From a virus: a stretch of 64,000 nt of DNA. Below are positions 63,872-64,000 of the stretch, one piece after another. The first letter of the stretch is position 1; every line of letters starts with the position of its first letter. Position numbers and translations under genes: made by a program. The DNA is taken from IMG/VR virus record IMGVR_UViG_3300028103_000009; one strand, given 5' to 3'. A model generated the notes under the pieces. It was not told the DNA's origin. It did no database searches and saw only the letters and a program-made list of their open reading frames with translations.

Positions 63872-64000
63872 TTACCTTCGGGGTTTAAGAAGAGCCTGGC
63901 TCTCCTTGCGCAGCCTGCCCGCTTCCTTGTACATACGGTCAGCATCCTCAGCTAGGGCCTTAGATCGTTCCTGTGATAGTTTGCTGCCCCCAAACTCACG
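63872..64000 (-). CDS. Hypothetical protein (5'-partial)
   Basis: Open frame REFGGSK...LLKPRR* entering from the right edge. Confidence 0.45.
   Translation of the reverse strand, partial: REFGGSKLSQERSKALAEDADRMYKEAGRLRKESQALLKPRR

Noticed and set aside
1-64000. Stop-codon reassignment (alternative genetic code)
   Set aside because: Core genes are full-length under the standard code, and TAA, TAG and TGA all end genes
1-64000. tRNA or rRNA genes
   Set aside because: No cloverleaf with a T-loop recognised in the intergenic gaps by eye; tRNAscan-SE would be needed to exclude them fully

Overview
A 64-kb segment of a large lytic T4-related myovirus, distant from T4 and probably from an aquatic proteobacterial host (inference). 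From left to right: three tandem flavin-dependent (tryptophan-halogenase family) genes and 2OG-Fe(II) oxygenases; tail-fibre, neck, sheath, tube and terminase genes; a cassette of small secreted proteins; gp32/UvsX/UvsY; a ~7.5-kb glycosylation cassette; UvsW, a 192-aa mini-DnaE, primase, carbamoyltransferase and gp41 helicase; putative capsid-packaged proteins; IscA; and, beyond ~58.5 kb, a minus-strand early region where most small genes have their own sigma70 promoter. Three promoter classes are readable: sigma70, T4-late-like TAAATA (often leaderless) and an ECF-like bipartite motif. The best candidate for a new system is a ~60-nt 3'UTR/terminator RNA (60590-60650) whose seed is antisense to a GGAGCGAA ribosome-binding motif shared by neighbouring early genes, i.e. 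a putative phage sRNA that shuts off early translation. Other highlights are phycobiliprotein-like KCxRD repeats in a giant virion protein, strong AATT avoidance, TGT-N12-ACA operators and A-tract/GCGAAGC blocks at the early-region boundary. All protein calls come from motif recognition by eye; no database searches were run.
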